Assembly: GCA_033763315.1 (NCBI GenBank)
Contig: JANRKS010000001.1
Coordinates: forward strand, 224,001-288,000
Direction of reading: 5' to 3'
From: Deltaproteobacteria bacterium
GTDB taxonomy: Bacteria; Myxococcota_A; Polyangia; Fen-1088
DNA length: 64,000 nucleotides
Part shown: piece after piece, positions 37,807 through 47,968 of the stretch
Numbering within the stretch: position 1 is the stretch's first letter
Layout of the letters: each line of letters begins with the position of its first letter
Made by a program: the position numbers and the translations under genes
The notes under the pieces: model-generated
What the model was told of the DNA's origin: nothing
Seen by the model: the letters and a program-made list of their open reading frames with translations, nothing else
Database searches by the model: none

Positions 37807-39636
37807 ATGACGCTCTCTGCCTTACTAGCTGCAATGCCCTCGGGCGCGCCGACCACCTCGTTAACGGGCATCGATTGGTTGATGATTGGTGCCTACTTTG
37901 CCGTGTTGCTGGGCGTGGCCTGGTGGGTGGTGAGAAGCAGCAAGGACACGGCTGACGATTACTTTCTCGCCGGGCGCAACCTGAGCTGGTGGATCGTGGG
38001 CGCTTCGATTTTCGCCTCGAACGTTGGTTCAGAACACATCGTGGGCCTCGCAGGTTCGGGCGCCCAAGATGGCGTGGCCTTGGCACATTATGAATTGCAC
38101 GCTTGGTGTTTGCTGGTCCTCGGGTGGGTGTTCGTGCCGTTTTACGCACGCTCGCTGGTGTTTACGATGCCCGAGTTCCTCGAGCGCCGCTTTTCAGTGA
38201 AATCGCGATACGTGCTTTCGATCGTGTCGCTGATCACGTTCGTGGTCTCGAAGATCGCGGTCGGCATCTTCGCGGGCGGCGTGGTGTTCGGCACCTTGCT
38301 GCCGGAAATGCAGATTCACGTTGGCGATTCGGTCATCGATAGCTTCTGGATCGGATCGATCTTGGTGATTGTGCTCACCGGCCTTTACACGATGCTGGGG
38401 GGCATGCGCGCCGTGGCCTACAACGACGCCGTGCAAGTGGTCGTGTTGATCGGTGGCTCCGCCTTGCTCACTTTGTACGGTTTAGACAAGCTGGGGGGAT
38501 GGTCCGAGCTGCGTCGCTTGTGCGGCTCCGATATGTTCGATTTGTGGCGCCCGTTGACGCCGGCCGGTGTGCAAAGCACATGGGCTCCCGTGGTGGAACG
38601 CAACGCCGCAGGCGCGTTGGTGAAGCAAGCTTGGTACTTCAACAACAACTTTCCTTGGCTGGGCATGGCGATCTGCGCGCCGGTCATTGGGCTTTGGTAT
38701 TGGTGCACAGATCAGTACATCGTGCAGCGCGCGCTCGGTGCCCCCAATGAGCGCGTGGCCCGCCGAGGCAGCATCTTTGCTGCGTTCTTGAAGCTGTTTC
38801 CCGTCTACTTGTTCATCGTGCCGGGCCTGATCTGTTTCGCGCTGGCCAAGAGCGGCAAGATCCCGGCGTTGTCGGAGGTTTATGATCCCGCCACGGGCAA
38901 GGCCACCGCGCATGCGCAAGCGGCGTTTCCTTTGTTGGTGCAACACTTGCTGCCGCCTGGGTTGCGCGGCATCGTTGTTGCCGGCTTGCTCTCCGCGTTG
39001 ATGGGTTCGTTGGCCGGCGTATTTAACGCATGTTCAACCTTATTCACCGTCGACATCTACGAAAAGCTTCGACCGGGGGCCACGCAGTCACAGATCGTGC
39101 GCATGGGCCGCATCGCCACGGGCGTGATGGTTGTGGTGGCGATGGCCTGGATCCCCGTGGTCAAGGGGGCGCATGGCCTTTACAACTATTTGCAAGCCGT
39201 GCAGGGTTACCTGGCGCCACCCATCTTTGTGGTGTTTTTCTTGGGTGTGTTCTGGAAGCGCTTGAACGCCGCCGGCTGCTTGTGGGCCATGATCGTCGGG
39301 TTTGTGATGGGCATCTTCCGCATGGCTGTGGACACACCGATCACGATCACCGAGAACGCTAACTTTTATGAAGCTGGTTCGTTCTTGTGGGTGGTGAACA
39401 ACATCAACTTCCAATACTTCAGCATCCTGATCACGATCGTTTCAGCCATCGTTATGGTGGGCGTGAGCTTGGCCACCCCGGCGCCCAACCCGGCGCAGAT
39501 CGTGAGCTTGACGTTCGGCACGCAAACAGACGCTGATCGCGCGCAAACCAAAGCCAGCTGGTCAACGGCAGATCTGTTGGCCTCGCTGGTTGTGATGGCC
39601 GCCATCATCTTCGCTTACATTTATTTCACGGGCTAG
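37807..39636 (+). CDS. Sodium:solute symporter (SGLT-like sugar transporter)
   Basis: DYFLAGR, ASNVGSEH, TMPEFLERRF, WYWCTDQYIVQR. Confidence 0.93.
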   Translation: MTLSALLAAMPSGAPTTSLTGIDWLMIGAYFAVLLGVAWWVVRSSKDTADDYFLAGRNLSWWIVGASIFASNVGSEHIVGLAGSGAQDGVALAHYELHAWCLLVLGWVFVPFYARSLVFTMPEFLERRFSVKSRYVLSIVSLITFVVSKIAVGIFAGGVVFGTLLPEMQIHVGDSVIDSFWIGSILVIVLTGLYTMLGGMRAVAYNDAVQVVVLIGGSALLTLYGLDKLGGWSELRRLCGSDMFDLWRPLTPAGVQSTWAPVVERNAAGALVKQAWYFNNNFPWLGMAICAPVIGLWYWCTDQYIVQRALGAPNERVARRGSIFAAFLKLFPVYLFIVPGLICFALAKSGKIPALSEVYDPATGKATAHAQAAFPLLVQHLLPPGLRGIVVAGLLSALMGSLAGVFNACSTLFTVDIYEKLRPGATQSQIVRMGRIATGVMVVVAMAWIPVVKGAHGLYNYLQAVQGYLAPPIFVVFFLGVFWKRLNAAGCLWAMIVGFVMGIFRMAVDTPITITENANFYEAGSFLWVVNNINFQYFSILITIVSAIVMVGVSLATPAPNPAQIVSLTFGTQTDADRAQTKASWSTADLLASLVVMAAIIFAYIYFTG

Positions 39637-39652
39637 CAGCCTGCCGATTCGA

Positions 39653-42019
39653 ATGAACGACATCTACCGCCATGAGCAGCAAGGCGCCGTTTGCATTTTG
39701 GCCAGCCCCACCGCTTTGCCTCAAGCGGCGGCGTTTTTGTGGAACCGGCGCATGATGTTGCACGTGAACTGCCGCGGTTACGCCGTGTCGCAGTTCATGC
39801 AGCCCGAGCCCGCGAAATACGCTCATCAACCGGTGCTTGAAGCCAAAACCTTCATGCAGCCCGAGCAGCCGTACTTCACGCACCACCCGGGGCGCTTTTT
39901 TTATGTGAAGGACGAGGACAGCGGGCGGGTGTTCTCGGTGCCGTTCGAGCCCGTGCGCGCGGCGTTGATCAAGTTCGAGTTTGTGGTGCGCAAATACGAG
40001 GTGGGGTGGCGCGTTCACTGCGACGACTTCGAGGTGCACGCCTTCGTGAGCGTGCCCGTGGATGACGTGGTGGAATTGTGGCGGCTGACGGTGCGTGACG
40101 TTTCAGGCCGAGCCCGCAGGCTAAGCGTCTACGCCTATTTTCCCGTGGGCTACGCGTCGTGGATGAACCAAAGCGGCGAGTGCCGCCCCGATCTTGGCGG
40201 CGTGGTGGCAAGCTGCGTGACGCCCTACCAGAAAGTGCAGGATTACTTCAAAAACCAGCACTTCAAAGACAAGACGTTCTTGTTGGCGGATGAAGTTCCC
40301 ACGGCTTACGAGGCCAACCAAGCCGCCTTTGAAGGGTGGGGCGGTCTTGCCGCGCCCACGGGCGTCACGCAGCCAAGTTTATCCGGCGGCGACGCTCGCT
40401 ACGAAGTGGCCGCGTGTGTGCTGCAATGGCGACGGCTCATGCCTGCGGATGGCGCATTCGAGGCGCGGCTGATCTTCGGGCCCGCTGAAACCGTTGATGA
40501 GATCCGTGCGTTGCGGGACAAGTATCTTCGCGCCGGCGGCTTCGAGCAAGCGGCGCGCGCGTATGAACAGTATGTAGCGTCTGGCAGTGGGTGCTTGCAG
40601 ATCGAAACGCCCGATGAGGCGCTTGATCATTTCGTGAACCACTGGATGGCGCGGCAAACGTTTTACCATTGCGACGTAAATCGTCTGACGACCGATCCAC
40701 AAACACGCAATTACCTTCAAGACGCGATGGGCGCCGCGTTCGTGCAGCCGGTGTTGGCGCGGGCGGCGTTTATTCGCGCTTTGTCACAGCAGCAATCCTC
40801 TGGCGCCATGCCCGATGGCATCTTGTTGGTGGAGGGCGCGGAGCTCAAATACATCAACCAAGTGCCACACATGGATCATTGCGTGTGGCTGCCGATCTGT
40901 TTGTCGGCCTACCTCGATGAAACCAACGACTTTGCGTTGTTGGAACACACGCTTCCGTTTGCCGATGGTGGCAGCGCCAGCGTGCGCGATCACATTGATC
41001 GAGCGATGCAGTGGTTGCACAGATCCCGGGACGAACGTGGCCTCAACTTCATCGCGCAAGGTGATTGGTGCGATCCCATGAACATGGTGGGCTGGAAGGG
41101 GCGTGGCGTTTCGGGTTGGTTGTCGCTGGCCACGGCGTACGCGCACCAAGTGTGGGCGTCGATCTGTGAACGCGTGGGCCGATCCGATGAGGCGGCACGC
41201 TTGCGCGCGGCGGCCGATGAAGTGAACGCGGCCGTGAACCATCACTTGTGGGACGGCCAGTGGTATGCGCGTGGCATCACCGATGATGGTGTGGCGTTCG
41301 GCGTGGCGGCCGACGAAGCAGGCAAGGTGTTTCTCAACCCGCAAAGTTGGTCGATGTTGAGTGGCGCTGCTGATGCGTTCAAGCGCAGGCTGTTGATGCA
41401 AGCGGTGCAAGACTGGTTGGACACGCCGTTTGGGGTGATGAAACTGGCGCCGCCTTACCAGGCTATGCGCGAAGATGTGGGCCGCGTGACGCAGAAGCAT
41501 CCGGGGTCGGCCGAAAATGGCGCTGTATACAATCACGCGGCCGCGTTTTACGCCTACGCGCTTTATGAAGTGAAGGAAGCTGACGCTGCGTTCAAGGTGC
41601 TGCGCCAGATGCTGCCTGGACCGGATGTGGATGACATCGTGGCGCGCGGTCAGTTGCCGGTGTTCATTCCCAACTACTATCGGGGCGCCTACCGAGAATT
41701 CCCGCGCACGGCGGGGCGTTCAAGCCAGCTGTTCAACACGGGCACGGTGGCGTGGTTCTACCGCTGCCTGGTAGAGCGGCTGTTCGGGTTGCAGGGCACG
41801 CCCGAGGGTTTGCTTGTGCAGCCACAGCTGCCCGCTGCGTGGCAGCGCGCCCGCGCTGTGCGCCAGTTTCGCGGGGCGACGTTCGACGTGACGTATGAGC
41901 GGCGGCAGGCGCCACCCGAAATAACGTTGGTGCTTGATGGCGAACCCGTGGCAGGCACACTGGTGAGGAACATCCAAGCGGGCGCCACGTATCATCTGCA
42001 GGTGCTGCTGCCGGCATAG
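39653..42019 (+). CDS. GH94 glycoside phosphorylase, cellobionic acid phosphorylase-type
   Basis: N-terminus FLWN..MM..VNCRGYAV.QFMQPEPAKY as recalled for Saccharophagus/Xanthomonas CBAP; RNYLQD, GDWCD, ENGAVYNH. Confidence 0.85.
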   Translation: MNDIYRHEQQGAVCILASPTALPQAAAFLWNRRMMLHVNCRGYAVSQFMQPEPAKYAHQPVLEAKTFMQPEQPYFTHHPGRFFYVKDEDSGRVFSVPFEPVRAALIKFEFVVRKYEVGWRVHCDDFEVHAFVSVPVDDVVELWRLTVRDVSGRARRLSVYAYFPVGYASWMNQSGECRPDLGGVVASCVTPYQKVQDYFKNQHFKDKTFLLADEVPTAYEANQAAFEGWGGLAAPTGVTQPSLSGGDARYEVAACVLQWRRLMPADGAFEARLIFGPAETVDEIRALRDKYLRAGGFEQAARAYEQYVASGSGCLQIETPDEALDHFVNHWMARQTFYHCDVNRLTTDPQTRNYLQDAMGAAFVQPVLARAAFIRALSQQQSSGAMPDGILLVEGAELKYINQVPHMDHCVWLPICLSAYLDETNDFALLEHTLPFADGGSASVRDHIDRAMQWLHRSRDERGLNFIAQGDWCDPMNMVGWKGRGVSGWLSLATAYAHQVWASICERVGRSDEAARLRAAADEVNAAVNHHLWDGQWYARGITDDGVAFGVAADEAGKVFLNPQSWSMLSGAADAFKRRLLMQAVQDWLDTPFGVMKLAPPYQAMREDVGRVTQKHPGSAENGAVYNHAAAFYAYALYEVKEADAAFKVLRQMLPGPDVDDIVARGQLPVFIPNYYRGAYREFPRTAGRSSQLFNTGTVAWFYRCLVERLFGLQGTPEGLLVQPQLPAAWQRARAVRQFRGATFDVTYERRQAPPEITLVLDGEPVAGTLVRNIQAGATYHLQVLLPA

Positions 42020-42119
42020 GCCGTGACGGCAACGGACTGGCGCCCAGGACGCCCCTTCCCACGCCAACGCTGGCACGGGAGCCCCTCGTGCAGCTCTTGC
42101 TGGTTATTGGCGGGGCACA

Positions 42120-43514
42120 ATGTTATGCCAATCCACTGTGTCCCTCGCCCAACCCGCACAAGCTCACAAACCCCTGCGCTGGCCCGAAATGCTGGGCTAC
42201 GCCTCGGGCGACTTCGGCTTTAGCTTTTATTGGAAGGTGTTCGAGTTCTACCTTCTGATCTTTTACACCGACACATTTGGGATATCTCCGGCCCAGGCGG
42301 GCACCATGTTTTTGGTGACGCGTGTGTTAGACGCCGCCATCGATCCGTTTATGGGCATGATTGCGGATCGCACGAAGACCCGGTGGGGCAAGTTCAGGCC
42401 TTATCTGCTGTGGTTCTCGTTGCCGCTGGCAGGCGCGGGCATCTTGACCTTCACCACGCCTGATCTGGATCATTCGGGCAAGCTGGCGTGGGCGTACGCG
42501 ACGTACACGTTCATGATGTTGATGTACACGGCGGCCAACATCCCTTACGGCGCGATGCTGGGGGTGTTGACGCCGGATGTGCAAAAGCGAACGACGCTGG
42601 CAACATTCAAACTCGTGGGCGCCAACGCCGGTGGTACAGCGGTGACCTGGGCGACCTTGCCGCTCGTGAAGTGGCTGGGCAAAAGCAACGCCTCGACGGG
42701 CTGGCAAATCACAATGGCGATTTACGGCGTTGTGGCGCTTGTGATGTTGTTCATTGCCTTTTCGTCCACGCGCGAACGTGTGCGCCCACCGGTGGATCAG
42801 CAAACGTCTATGGGCCGCGACGTGGTTGATCTGCTGCGTAACGGTCCTTGGCTGACGTTGTTTGTGTTGGGGTTGATCGTCATCTTGACGATCGCCATTC
42901 GCAACGGTGCCGGCGCCTATTTCTTGAAGTACTACGCAGGACGTGAAGATCTGGTCAGTTGGTTCAACACCGTGTCGAGCATTGCGTATCTGCTGGGCGC
43001 CGCGTGCACCCCTTTGTTGACGCGATTCTTCAGTAAAAAAGCCTTGTTCACTATGTTGATGACGGTGGTGGCGGCGCTTTGTGGCGTGCTGTATCTGGTT
43101 CCGCCCAAGATGGTATGGCTGCTGTTCAGCGTGAACACTTGCATCTCGTTTGTGCTTGGCCCGAAGTCGCCTTTGTCATGGTCGATGTTCGCTGACACCG
43201 CCGATTATGGCGAGTGGAAGAACAACCGGCGCGCCACTGCGTTGGTCTTTGCGGCCGCCACGTTCTCGATTAAGGCCGGCGCGGGCTTCGCCCAAGCGGT
43301 CACCGGTTGGCTGTTGTCCGCGTTTGGCTATGTGGCCAACCAGGTGCAAACGCCCGAGGCCATGCGTGGCATCTTGATGCTGGCCACAGTGATTCCTGGC
43401 GGCTTCGCATTGCTGGCCGCTTTGGTGGTGCGTGTGTATTCGCTCGACAGCACGCGTTTGGCCAACATTCAAACCGAGCTGCAGGCACGACGCGTGTCGC
43501 GCGGTGAGGCCTAG
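42120..43514 (+). CDS. MFS glycoside-pentoside-hexuronide (GPH):cation symporter
   Basis: GYASGD, DAAIDPFMGMIADRTKTRWGKFRPY, NIPYGA, ADTADYGEWK. Confidence 0.93.
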   Translation: MLCQSTVSLAQPAQAHKPLRWPEMLGYASGDFGFSFYWKVFEFYLLIFYTDTFGISPAQAGTMFLVTRVLDAAIDPFMGMIADRTKTRWGKFRPYLLWFSLPLAGAGILTFTTPDLDHSGKLAWAYATYTFMMLMYTAANIPYGAMLGVLTPDVQKRTTLATFKLVGANAGGTAVTWATLPLVKWLGKSNASTGWQITMAIYGVVALVMLFIAFSSTRERVRPPVDQQTSMGRDVVDLLRNGPWLTLFVLGLIVILTIAIRNGAGAYFLKYYAGREDLVSWFNTVSSIAYLLGAACTPLLTRFFSKKALFTMLMTVVAALCGVLYLVPPKMVWLLFSVNTCISFVLGPKSPLSWSMFADTADYGEWKNNRRATALVFAAATFSIKAGAGFAQAVTGWLLSAFGYVANQVQTPEAMRGILMLATVIPGGFALLAALVVRVYSLDSTRLANIQTELQARRVSRGEA

Positions 43515-43550
43515 AGCACGGCTGGCATTGCCCCGCTATAGTCCCGCCCG

Positions 43551-43955
43551 ATGAACGCAAAAGAGTTTGAGACGGCGCTCAACGAGTTGCGCGAACAACT
43601 TTTGGGGCCCGGCGGCAACCAAGCCAGCCTCAACTGTCGCGAATGCGAGAACTGCATCCGTTGTATGTTCTGCACAACCTGCGACGATTGCTACCACTGC
43701 ACCCACTGCACCCTGTGCCGTGGCTGCACCGAGTGCTCGCACTGTGAACGCAGCAGCGCATGCCATGGCTGCACGCACCTGACTGACTGCGAGAGCTGCC
43801 ACGGTTCGGCCTATCTTGTGGCGTGCGCCAATTGCAGCGATTGTACGTATTGCTTGGGCTGTGTGGGCTTACAAAACAAAGAGTTTCACATTCTCAATAA
43901 GCCATACTCGCGCAAAGAGTACTTCGAGACGCTGCGCTCGTTGTCGCTCGGATGA
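43551..43955 (+). CDS. Cys-rich CxxC-repeat protein
   Basis: Cys at 3-residue spacing over about 80 aa, ending in CVGL.NKEFHILNK.Y..EY. Confidence 0.8.
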   Translation: MNAKEFETALNELREQLLGPGGNQASLNCRECENCIRCMFCTTCDDCYHCTHCTLCRGCTECSHCERSSACHGCTHLTDCESCHGSAYLVACANCSDCTYCLGCVGLQNKEFHILNKPYSRKEYFETLRSLSLG

Positions 43956-44080
43956 CACGCTGCGCATACTTGGGCCTTTGGCGCCCGCTTTTGCCCCCCA
44001 GGCCCACCCAATGGTAGATTTTCCGTCGTGAGATTTTCTGGAGCCGCTCGGCCTCCTGCAACCCCAGCTCTGAGGCGCCC

Positions 44081-45013
44081 ATGAGGGTGAGGTTTTGGGG
44101 CGTGCGGGGCTCGGTGCCGGTGCCAGGGGCGGCCACTGTCCGTTACGGCGGAAACACGTCCTGCGTGGAGGTGGAATCGGCGGCGGGGACCCGGGTGATC
44201 ATCGACGCGGGCACGGGGTTGCGGCGGTTGGGCAAACAGTGGGCGAAGGGCGATTTCGCCGAAGGCAAAGGCCAAGCGCACATTCTCATCAGCCACACCC
44301 ATTGGGATCACATCCAAGGCCTGCCGTTTTTCGCGCCGCTTTACCAGCCCGGCAACAAGCTGAAAATTTACGCGCGTGCGCGCGACGATCTGCGGCTTCG
44401 CACCGTGCTGGCCGGTCAAACAGACGCGCCATTTTTCCCCGTGGGCATTGATGCCGTGCGGGCCGATCTAGATTTTGCGGAGCTGCCCGATGGCCATCGC
44501 TTTAACGTGGCCGAGATCAAAGTGAGCACCGCGCGCTTGAACCACCCCTACATCGCCACCGCGTACGCCTTGGAGTCAGCGGGCCGCAAGGTGGCTTATG
44601 TTTCGGATACGGCGCCGTTCGAGCAGATCTTGTTTGGTGAGGAGTTCATCGCGAAGCCGCCTGCACCGGGCACCGTGCTTTCACACACCGATCAAGTGAA
44701 GCTGGCGGCGATGCGCGACGACGTGGTTCGTCTTTGCGAGGGCGCCGACCTTGTGATTTACGACACCATGTTCACCGACGCTGATTATCAGCGCGTGCCG
44801 CATTTCGGACACTCGCGCCCGCTTGATGCCATCACCGTGTGCAAACAAGCTGGCGTGCGACGTTTGGCGCTGTTTCACCACGCGCCCGAACGCAGCGATG
44901 ATGATGTGGACAAGATGCGCGATGACGCGCGCCAAATGGCCGCCTCTGTGGCGCCTGGCTTAGAAGTGATCGCTGCGTTCGAGGGTTTGGATCTAGGTCT
45001 GGGGCTGGCTTAG
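44081..45013 (+). CDS. MBL-fold metallo-hydrolase (phosphodiesterase-type), intact
   Basis: FWGVRGS, YGGNTSC, DAGTG, SHTHWDHIQG, NHP, SDT, GHS, FHH. Confidence 0.92.
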   Translation: MRVRFWGVRGSVPVPGAATVRYGGNTSCVEVESAAGTRVIIDAGTGLRRLGKQWAKGDFAEGKGQAHILISHTHWDHIQGLPFFAPLYQPGNKLKIYARARDDLRLRTVLAGQTDAPFFPVGIDAVRADLDFAELPDGHRFNVAEIKVSTARLNHPYIATAYALESAGRKVAYVSDTAPFEQILFGEEFIAKPPAPGTVLSHTDQVKLAAMRDDVVRLCEGADLVIYDTMFTDADYQRVPHFGHSRPLDAITVCKQAGVRRLALFHHAPERSDDDVDKMRDDARQMAASVAPGLEVIAAFEGLDLGLGLA

Positions 45014-45167
45014 CCGCGCTTTGTGTACTGTTGTACAGGAGATCGATAGGCCTTTCGATGGGCTTACCGTGATCTGAAACATGCGTTTGAGGCCGAAGCG
45101 TAAAAGGTGGGTGAGGGTTGCGGCAAGGTGATGCACGGGGCGCGAACTTTGTTCACTCTTTGCGCCC

Positions 45168-47840
45168 ATGCCGTTGCTTTCATCTTTGCGATTGCCTTGC
45201 ACGTTTTGCCTAGCCCTCACTGCGTCTTTTGTGGCCTGCACCGCCGCGCCACTGCCGCCGCCGTCGCTGGCTCCCGTTCGCTTGCAGATGACCTTGTCGA
45301 CGCCCGCCGCGCAACCGCTTGATGTGGTGGTTGCCAAGCTTGGGGCGTCGCCCTCGCCGGGGGCCGTTTTGCAGGTGCGCGATGGTGCTGGACGCGTTTA
45401 CGCGCAGCTGCCGATCGCAAGTGGTGATGCTTCCTTTGCCGTGGCGGGTGCGCTGGGCATTCACCAGCTGACTGTGCTTGATGACGAGGGGCGCTTGTTG
45501 GCTGAGGCCATCTTGCCCGTGGATTGCACCACGGGACTGCAAGGCGAGCAACACGCAAACAACGAAGGACAACCTTACACGCAGTTGTTGGCGGCGCTTT
45601 ACAACACCATGAGCCGCACGGGCACCACGATGATGAATGGCAAAGCTCATCATGTGTTTGTGCCGTGGATTCGCGACCACAACCATGTGCTCAAGTCGAT
45701 GAAGTACTTCTACGACGACGTGCTCACGGGCGTGGATCTATACCGCGACACACAGAAGCCCAATGGCATGATTTGGGACAACCATTCGCGTGCGCCCAAA
45801 CTCAACCATTGGGACGAGCGCTTCGCCGAGTTCGGTTTTGTGGGCCGCTTCGACAACAACAACATGCAGTTCCGCCGCATCCCGGTGGAAGCGGACGTGG
45901 AATACCTCTATGTCGAGGCAATGTGGCACGCGTGGAAGGCCACGGGCGACGATGGTTGGCTGGCAAAGACGTTGCCAAGCGGCGAACGCGCTTTGCAATA
46001 TTCCCTTTCAGATCCGATGCGCTGGTCATCGTCCCTGCGATTGGTCAAGCGTGGCTACACCATCGACACGTGGGATTTTCAGAACGAAGAAGACGCACAA
46101 CGCACGGGCGACCCGATGAAGATCGATCCCAACAAAACCCGCTTCGGCGTGATGTTTGGCGACAACACAGGCGTTTATCACAGCGCCTTGCTGCTGGCCG
46201 AGATGCTGGATCACGTGGGCCAAAAAGATCGCGCCGCGAAATGGCGTACGGACGCTGCAGCTTTGCGCCAGCGCTTGGATGCGTTGTCCTGGAACGGCAA
46301 GTTCTACACGCATCACGTGCCTGAAGAGGCATCGGTGCATCGCGATTTGGGCGTGGATGAAAAAACACAAGTGTCGCTTTCGAACGCCTATTCGCTCAAT
46401 CGCGGCATCGAGCTTGAGAAACGTCAAGCCATCATCAAGACGTACCAAGACATCCGCGATCACTTGCCGCAAGGCTCGCCTGGCGAGTGGTACACCATTT
46501 ACCCCACGTTCAAGAAGGGCTATGGCGGCCACAACGACGAATGGCAATACATGAACGGTGGCGTGGTGAGCATCGTGGCCGGCGAGTTGGCGCACGGAGC
46601 CTTTGAGGCGGGATTCGAGGATTATGGCGCCGACATTCTCACGCGCGTGTTGGCGCTGACGAAGAAGTACGGTGGGCGTTTGCCCGTCACACTCAAGGGG
46701 GCCAATCCGCCTCAAGGCAAACCGCAGTTTGTGCCGGTGTCTTTGGCCGCGAAAGCAAACATCGCGCTGACGGTAGACGCCGCCAACGCTCATGGCGGCA
46801 AAGCAAAACCATTTGCCTGGATCGGTGAAGAGGGCAACGATTTGCCCGGTTTTCCGCGCGGCCAACAAGACTTCAAAGGCGTGCCTTTCGACGTGTTGGC
46901 TGACGACGCCAACCGTGCGCGTGTGGCCATCGGATTGTCGAAGGCTGCGGGGCGGCCTCCCAAGGGTATGGTTGTGCCGAAACCTTACGCAGAAGAGGCG
47001 ACGCTCAAGGTGGCCGGTAAGGCCGCCACTGTGTTCCTGTTGCACGCTGTTTCGAACGCCGCGGACGTGGCGGGCCTGGTGGAGCTGCAATACAAGGACG
47101 GCGGCAGCAGCATTGCCTCTGTGAAAGTGGGAAGCGATGTTTTTGGATGGTGGTATCCAGAGCCCGCCGCCCCGGCGCGCGAGGGTGAGGGACGCGGCGG
47201 TGCGACGCGCGCGCTGGTGGCGTGGGAAGGCAAGAACGCGCGCGCCCTACGCGTGGGCGTGAGCCTGCTTGGCGTGCGCAACCCTCACCCCGAGCGTGAG
47301 CTCAGCGGCATCAAATTCACAGCGGCTCCCAATGGTTCGCGTTGGATGATCTTGGGCGTGACGTTGTCGGATCAAGTGGCCGCCTTCGGCGACACCAGCG
47401 TTTCGTTTGGCATTCCCGACAATTGGGGCGCGGCCGCGGTGGCGTATGCGTTGCTTGAAGGGCTGGCGGGCGTCAAAGACACCAGCACAAAGATGCAAAC
47501 CGTGGCGTTGGCGCCCCGTTGGGCAGCCACGCCCGTGACCGCGATGACCAGCACTGTGAAGTACCCCGCGTCGCAGGGCTACGTGAAGTATCAATTCAAG
47601 AGCGACGGGCAAACCATTCGCTTGGCGATCACGGGCAGTGGCCGCCAGGCCGACGTGGCGCTGTATCTGCCGCCCGGCAAGACCGCGGCAAAGGTCGTCC
47701 GTCGTTCATCCGACGGCAAGCCGCAAGACCTTGCTTTCACCACGAGCACCATCGGCAAATCAAGCTACGCGAAGTTCGGCGTGCCGCTGAACGCGAGCGA
47801 GGGCGTCGAACAGATCGAAGTGTATTTGGCGCAACCTTGA
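45168..47840 (+). CDS. Large six-hairpin glycosidase-like lipoprotein with inserted beta-sandwich domain
   Basis: Lipobox-like FVA-C; WIRD, EADVEY, DTWDF, YMNGG motifs; GVPF-containing insertion. Confidence 0.6.
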   Translation: MPLLSSLRLPCTFCLALTASFVACTAAPLPPPSLAPVRLQMTLSTPAAQPLDVVVAKLGASPSPGAVLQVRDGAGRVYAQLPIASGDASFAVAGALGIHQLTVLDDEGRLLAEAILPVDCTTGLQGEQHANNEGQPYTQLLAALYNTMSRTGTTMMNGKAHHVFVPWIRDHNHVLKSMKYFYDDVLTGVDLYRDTQKPNGMIWDNHSRAPKLNHWDERFAEFGFVGRFDNNNMQFRRIPVEADVEYLYVEAMWHAWKATGDDGWLAKTLPSGERALQYSLSDPMRWSSSLRLVKRGYTIDTWDFQNEEDAQRTGDPMKIDPNKTRFGVMFGDNTGVYHSALLLAEMLDHVGQKDRAAKWRTDAAALRQRLDALSWNGKFYTHHVPEEASVHRDLGVDEKTQVSLSNAYSLNRGIELEKRQAIIKTYQDIRDHLPQGSPGEWYTIYPTFKKGYGGHNDEWQYMNGGVVSIVAGELAHGAFEAGFEDYGADILTRVLALTKKYGGRLPVTLKGANPPQGKPQFVPVSLAAKANIALTVDAANAHGGKAKPFAWIGEEGNDLPGFPRGQQDFKGVPFDVLADDANRARVAIGLSKAAGRPPKGMVVPKPYAEEATLKVAGKAATVFLLHAVSNAADVAGLVELQYKDGGSSIASVKVGSDVFGWWYPEPAAPAREGEGRGGATRALVAWEGKNARALRVGVSLLGVRNPHPERELSGIKFTAAPNGSRWMILGVTLSDQVAAFGDTSVSFGIPDNWGAAAVAYALLEGLAGVKDTSTKMQTVALAPRWAATPVTAMTSTVKYPASQGYVKYQFKSDGQTIRLAITGSGRQADVALYLPPGKTAAKVVRRSSDGKPQDLAFTTSTIGKSSYAKFGVPLNASEGVEQIEVYLAQP

Positions 47841-47968
47841 GCAAAGCAGCTAAATGGAGACATGGCACCCGCGCCTTGACCTGCACACCGTGAAGGCTGG
47901 GGCAAACTTGCGGGCCAAGCTCGATCATAGGTTTGGGACACGCCGCCGGGTGCGATACAATAGGGGGC

